Assembly: GCA_047495785.1 (NCBI GenBank)
Contig: JBLDXI010000024.1
Coordinates: 2,108,001-2,172,000 of the forward strand
Origin: Lepidodermella squamata
Lineage: Eukaryota > Animalia > Gastrotricha
DNA length: 64,000 bases
Reading direction: 5' to 3'
Shown: positions 60,544-64,000 of the stretch, in pieces
How the letters are laid out: every line of letters starts with the position of its first letter
Position numbering within the stretch: the first letter of the stretch is position 1
Made by a program: the position numbers and the translations under genes
Notes under the pieces: model-generated
Told to the model about the DNA's origin: nothing
The model's database searches: none
The model's input: the letters and a program-made list of their open reading frames with translations, nothing else

Positions 60544-62520
60544 TCAAAACTTGTCGACCTCTTTCGAATCTTCGAAATAACCGAACATAAATTGCACGAA
60601 TTCTACACAAATCTAAAATAAATTATTATTTTTGGGAAATTAGAACAAATTACCGTCGAAATTAATTTGACCGTCGCCATCGAGATCGGCTTCGAAAATG
60701 AGTGCTTCGACCTCGTCATCGGTCATTTTTTCGCCCAACATGTTCACCATGACCTGCCGCATTTCGACCGAAGTGATAAACCCGTTTCCATCCTTGAACA
60801 AATAAATGTTAAAATTTAATCATTAAAAGGAAAAAATTATTGTTACCTTATCGAAAATTTTAAACGCTTGCCGCACATCTCGCAGGAATTCTCGTTTGCG
60901 ACGCTGTTGAGCCATGACCTTGAGAAATTCCGGGAAATCGATGCTACCCGAGTCATTGGTGTCGATGAGAGAAAGCATTTCGCGAACTTCAACTTCGGAC
61001 GTAGCTTGGCCGATCGAAATTAGAACCTGGGCAATTTCGCCCATGCTGATTGTACCACTCATGTCCCGATCGAAAAAGCAGAACGCGTCGTAGTACTCGG
61101 CGATCTGATCTTCCGTCAGTTCTTTACTCTAAAAAAATTAAAAAACCAGAAATAAAAAAACTAATTTTTGATGACGGACGAATCTGGATCAAATCATTTC
61201 CTTATTTGTCCTGAAAGTTTCGACCCACGTTTTTAAGTTGGATTTTTGGCGGATCAAACATGCCAAGGGTATCCCATCAATTATCCTTACCGAAGAGAAA
61301 CTTGGATAAACCCGATGATATTAAGCTGGTTATTGTCGATAATTTTACCAATAGGACCGAATTTCCAGATTTTTCCTTCTGACCTTTTTCATGGCTTTCA
61401 TGGCATGTTGGAATGTTTCAAATGCATGAAAAAGGGGCTTCGAACCTCATTTTAGACTTTTTTATTCAATTTTCGTGTATTTCCTTCAGTTTTCTCACTT
61501 GGGACCTGATGAATATTTCCTTAATTTTCCGGTTCAATTAATTGGGAATTTTCGGAAATCGAGGATTGAATCATATTCGAAGCTCCTAGCTTTCATGGGA
61601 AGCTATAAAAATTTTCAGAGAAAATCCCGTTGAAACTGGTAAAATACCGAAAATTACCGAATATTCCCAATCGGGTTTTACCGGGGTTTTTCGGTGAATT
61701 TCTAGTTTCTTCAGAGAAATTGGTAAGAAAGGATTCAAATTCTTTCAAGTTAAGAAAACAATTGGAATTTTACGCTTGGAATTTCGAGCAATTAATTTTA
61801 AAGCAATTTTCGAGTAAATAAATTGATTGGGAATTTCGGGAATAATTGCTAAATAAAGCCTTACGTAATCCATTCCAGCTGTGTTATCCAGGATTGTGGC
61901 AGCCTTTTCAAACGGATCGCGGTCTTGTTTCTTCTCCTTGAAATAGTAAGGCTCTTCCTCGTCCTCCTCCTCGATGTTGACCTGATCGTTTGGAACCGAT
62001 ATAGACGGCGATGATGGCGCCTCTGTCGCTGAACTGATACGACTTAGGCGTCGATTCGACGAAGCTAGCCGGCTATCAGCTGATGTTACAACGTAACACG
62101 TCGGCGGCTTCAATGAACTGCCATCACTAGGCGGTGTGTAGTGCAGCAAATGTCGATTCGCTCCACTTGACAAAGTACCATTACTGGTAAGGGACACTTG
62201 CCTTTGATGAGACAACGGCATTTGCTGCTGGCAAAAAAAACAGGATCGGGTGTGAAATTATTGCTAATAATAACGCCGCTGTTATTATTACTATTATTGC
62301 TATTGCTCACCTGCTGCTGTTGTAATAAGTTTGACTCGTTCTGCACGTCCGACGCCCAATGCACGTTGCGACGGGTTATTTTCGGGCTACTTGCGCTGTC
62401 AATTGACAGGCGACTAGCCGCCGTAGCCAGCCAGTCGTTGATATAGCCGCTATTATTAGCCGCGTAATAACCAGTCGCTATGACATCTCTCGAATCTGCT
62501 GCTACCTCCATTTTATGCAT
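60544..62520 (-). CDS. Calmodulin-like protein B with a low-complexity N-terminal extension of about 190 aa
   Basis: Exons 62520-62311, 62227-61865, 61128-60847, 60792-60654, 60602-60544. The EF-hand part is secure; the extension is supported by in-phase GT-AG junctions only. Confidence 0.75.
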
Positions 62521-63119
62521 GACTGGATGCGAAGGCACACAATAAATCGCACGCTCTAAAGAGGCTGTAAAAATCTTATCTTTTATAACACCGCGATGAG
62601 AGCTATGCGAGAATATCGTATTTTTGCGCCTTTTAATAAGAAAGCGGCCGCGTCATACGCCGGATGTGACTCGGTAGGTTATTTATTTCTACATACTTTT
62701 TATTTGCGCAGACATCTCTATTATTATTTCTGAGTCATCATCATCATGTTGTCTTATAACGGCCATAGCAGGGTGACTAAAATAGCTCACTTCAGTAGGT
62801 GCCGCATTCACACGGTAAAGCGAAAAAAAATCCGAACAAATATTGTTTTTTTTCAAGAAAAACATTTTATTTTTCAAGAAAATACGCAAAAATTCACCGA
62901 GCTGTTGTGTTTTTCTGCGGGTCATCTTTGGATCCCTCCTATATCAGATAATAATAACATGGAATAACGTGCACGAAAAATTATTATTATTATTCAAGGT
63001 TAGCGCAATATTAAAACCGGGTATTACAAGACTCACGATTTTTCGAAAGAAAAAAAATTGAAATATTTCGAAAAAAACTATCAAAAAAAATTGATCATCA
63101 GTCATTCGTGGCAGGTAGG

Positions 63120-63698
63120 CTATTTTTTGATGCCGTCGTGATAACCGAACATAAATTTCACGAATTCTGCAAAAAAAATTGAAATAAATAAAAATTAACG
63201 AAATTAATGAGAGATTAACCGTCGAAATTAATTTGCCCATCACCGTCAAGATCGGCTTCGGTAATTAGAGCTTCGACCTCTTCGTCTGACATTCGTTCGC
63301 CGAGCATGTTGCCGATAACTTGCTTCATCTCGACGGACGTAATAAAACCATTCCCGTCCTTGAAAAAATTAGTTAATGAAAGAAATTAATTTATCAAATT
63401 TTCGCATTTTTACCTTGTCGAAAATTTTGAAGCATTGCCGAATGTCGCGAAGAAAGTCCTTTTTACGACGTTGTTGAGCCATGACCTTGAGAAATTCGGG
63501 GAAATCGATGCCGGACGTGCTGTTAGTCGTGTCGATTGTCTGCAGCATTTCACAAACCTCCTGCTCGGACGCGGCTTGCCCTGACGAAATGAGCACCTGG
63601 GCAATTTCATGCGTGCTTATCGTGCCGCTTCGGTCACGGTCGAAGAAGCAGAAAGCGTCGTAATACTCTGATATTTGATCTTCAGTCAACTCTTTGCT
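63120..63698 (-). CDS. Calmodulin-like protein C (first exon not located, probably beyond the window)
   Basis: Exons 63698-63414, 63358-63220, 63166-63120; same intron positions as A and B. Confidence 0.82.
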
Positions 63699-64000
63699 CT
63701 ATTTAAAAAATGTCAAAAAATTTCATTTTACAATTTTTTAAATTATTATTATTTTTCTGGAGAGAATTCGAAAATCTCAGCAAAATCTTTTTCGATTTAA
63801 TTTGAGCTGGTTTTAATTAATTTAATTAAATAAAAAATTTACAAAAAATGGAAATTCCACCTTAATTTCTTGTACAAGTAATTTTTTGTTAACAAAAATA
63901 GTTTTTCGTGATTTCTCAAAGGGCTATTTTTCAAATAACTCGGCGGTTTTTCTACGAAGAGGCAATATATCATCGATTTTATAGTATTATGGAGTCCTTG

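Overview
Gene-dense eukaryotic (animal, most likely invertebrate) DNA with many very short GT-AG introns (about 48-70 nt); the species cannot be assigned from this window. I rebuilt spliced gene models by hand, checking intron phase at the junctions. The main theme is a concentration of unrelated Golgi glycosylation genes: 3 intronless DxD GT-A (DUF6492-like) genes, 3 STELLO-C-terminal-like genes, 2 fucosyltransferase-like (GT-B) genes, a TPT/SLC35E-like transporter, a carbohydrate sulfotransferase, and an SLC2A13-like transporter with basic residues in its sugar-binding helix. Seven of the 8 genes at 28-44 kb belong to this set, which suggests an animal glycan biosynthetic gene cluster. A decayed inverted duplicate of part of the SLC2A13 locus (12.85-19 kb) carries a 4.77-kb insertion with CATAGA termini and an 8-bp target duplication (P-element-like). 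The insertion holds an RTE fragment, an orphan exon and an intact 438-aa gene with pore-former-like glycine-rich hydrophobic helices. A tail-to-tail tRNA-Leu(CAA)/tRNA-Ala(CGC) cassette occurs four times, twice inside introns. Also present: a divergent nuclear receptor, a GABA-B-like GPCR, a MADF protein, a 4-repeat secreted cyclase/KynB-like protein, two tandem PAN/C-type lectin/kringle genes, three calmodulin-like genes and several MITE-like elements. Family calls come from motif recognition only; no database searches were run.
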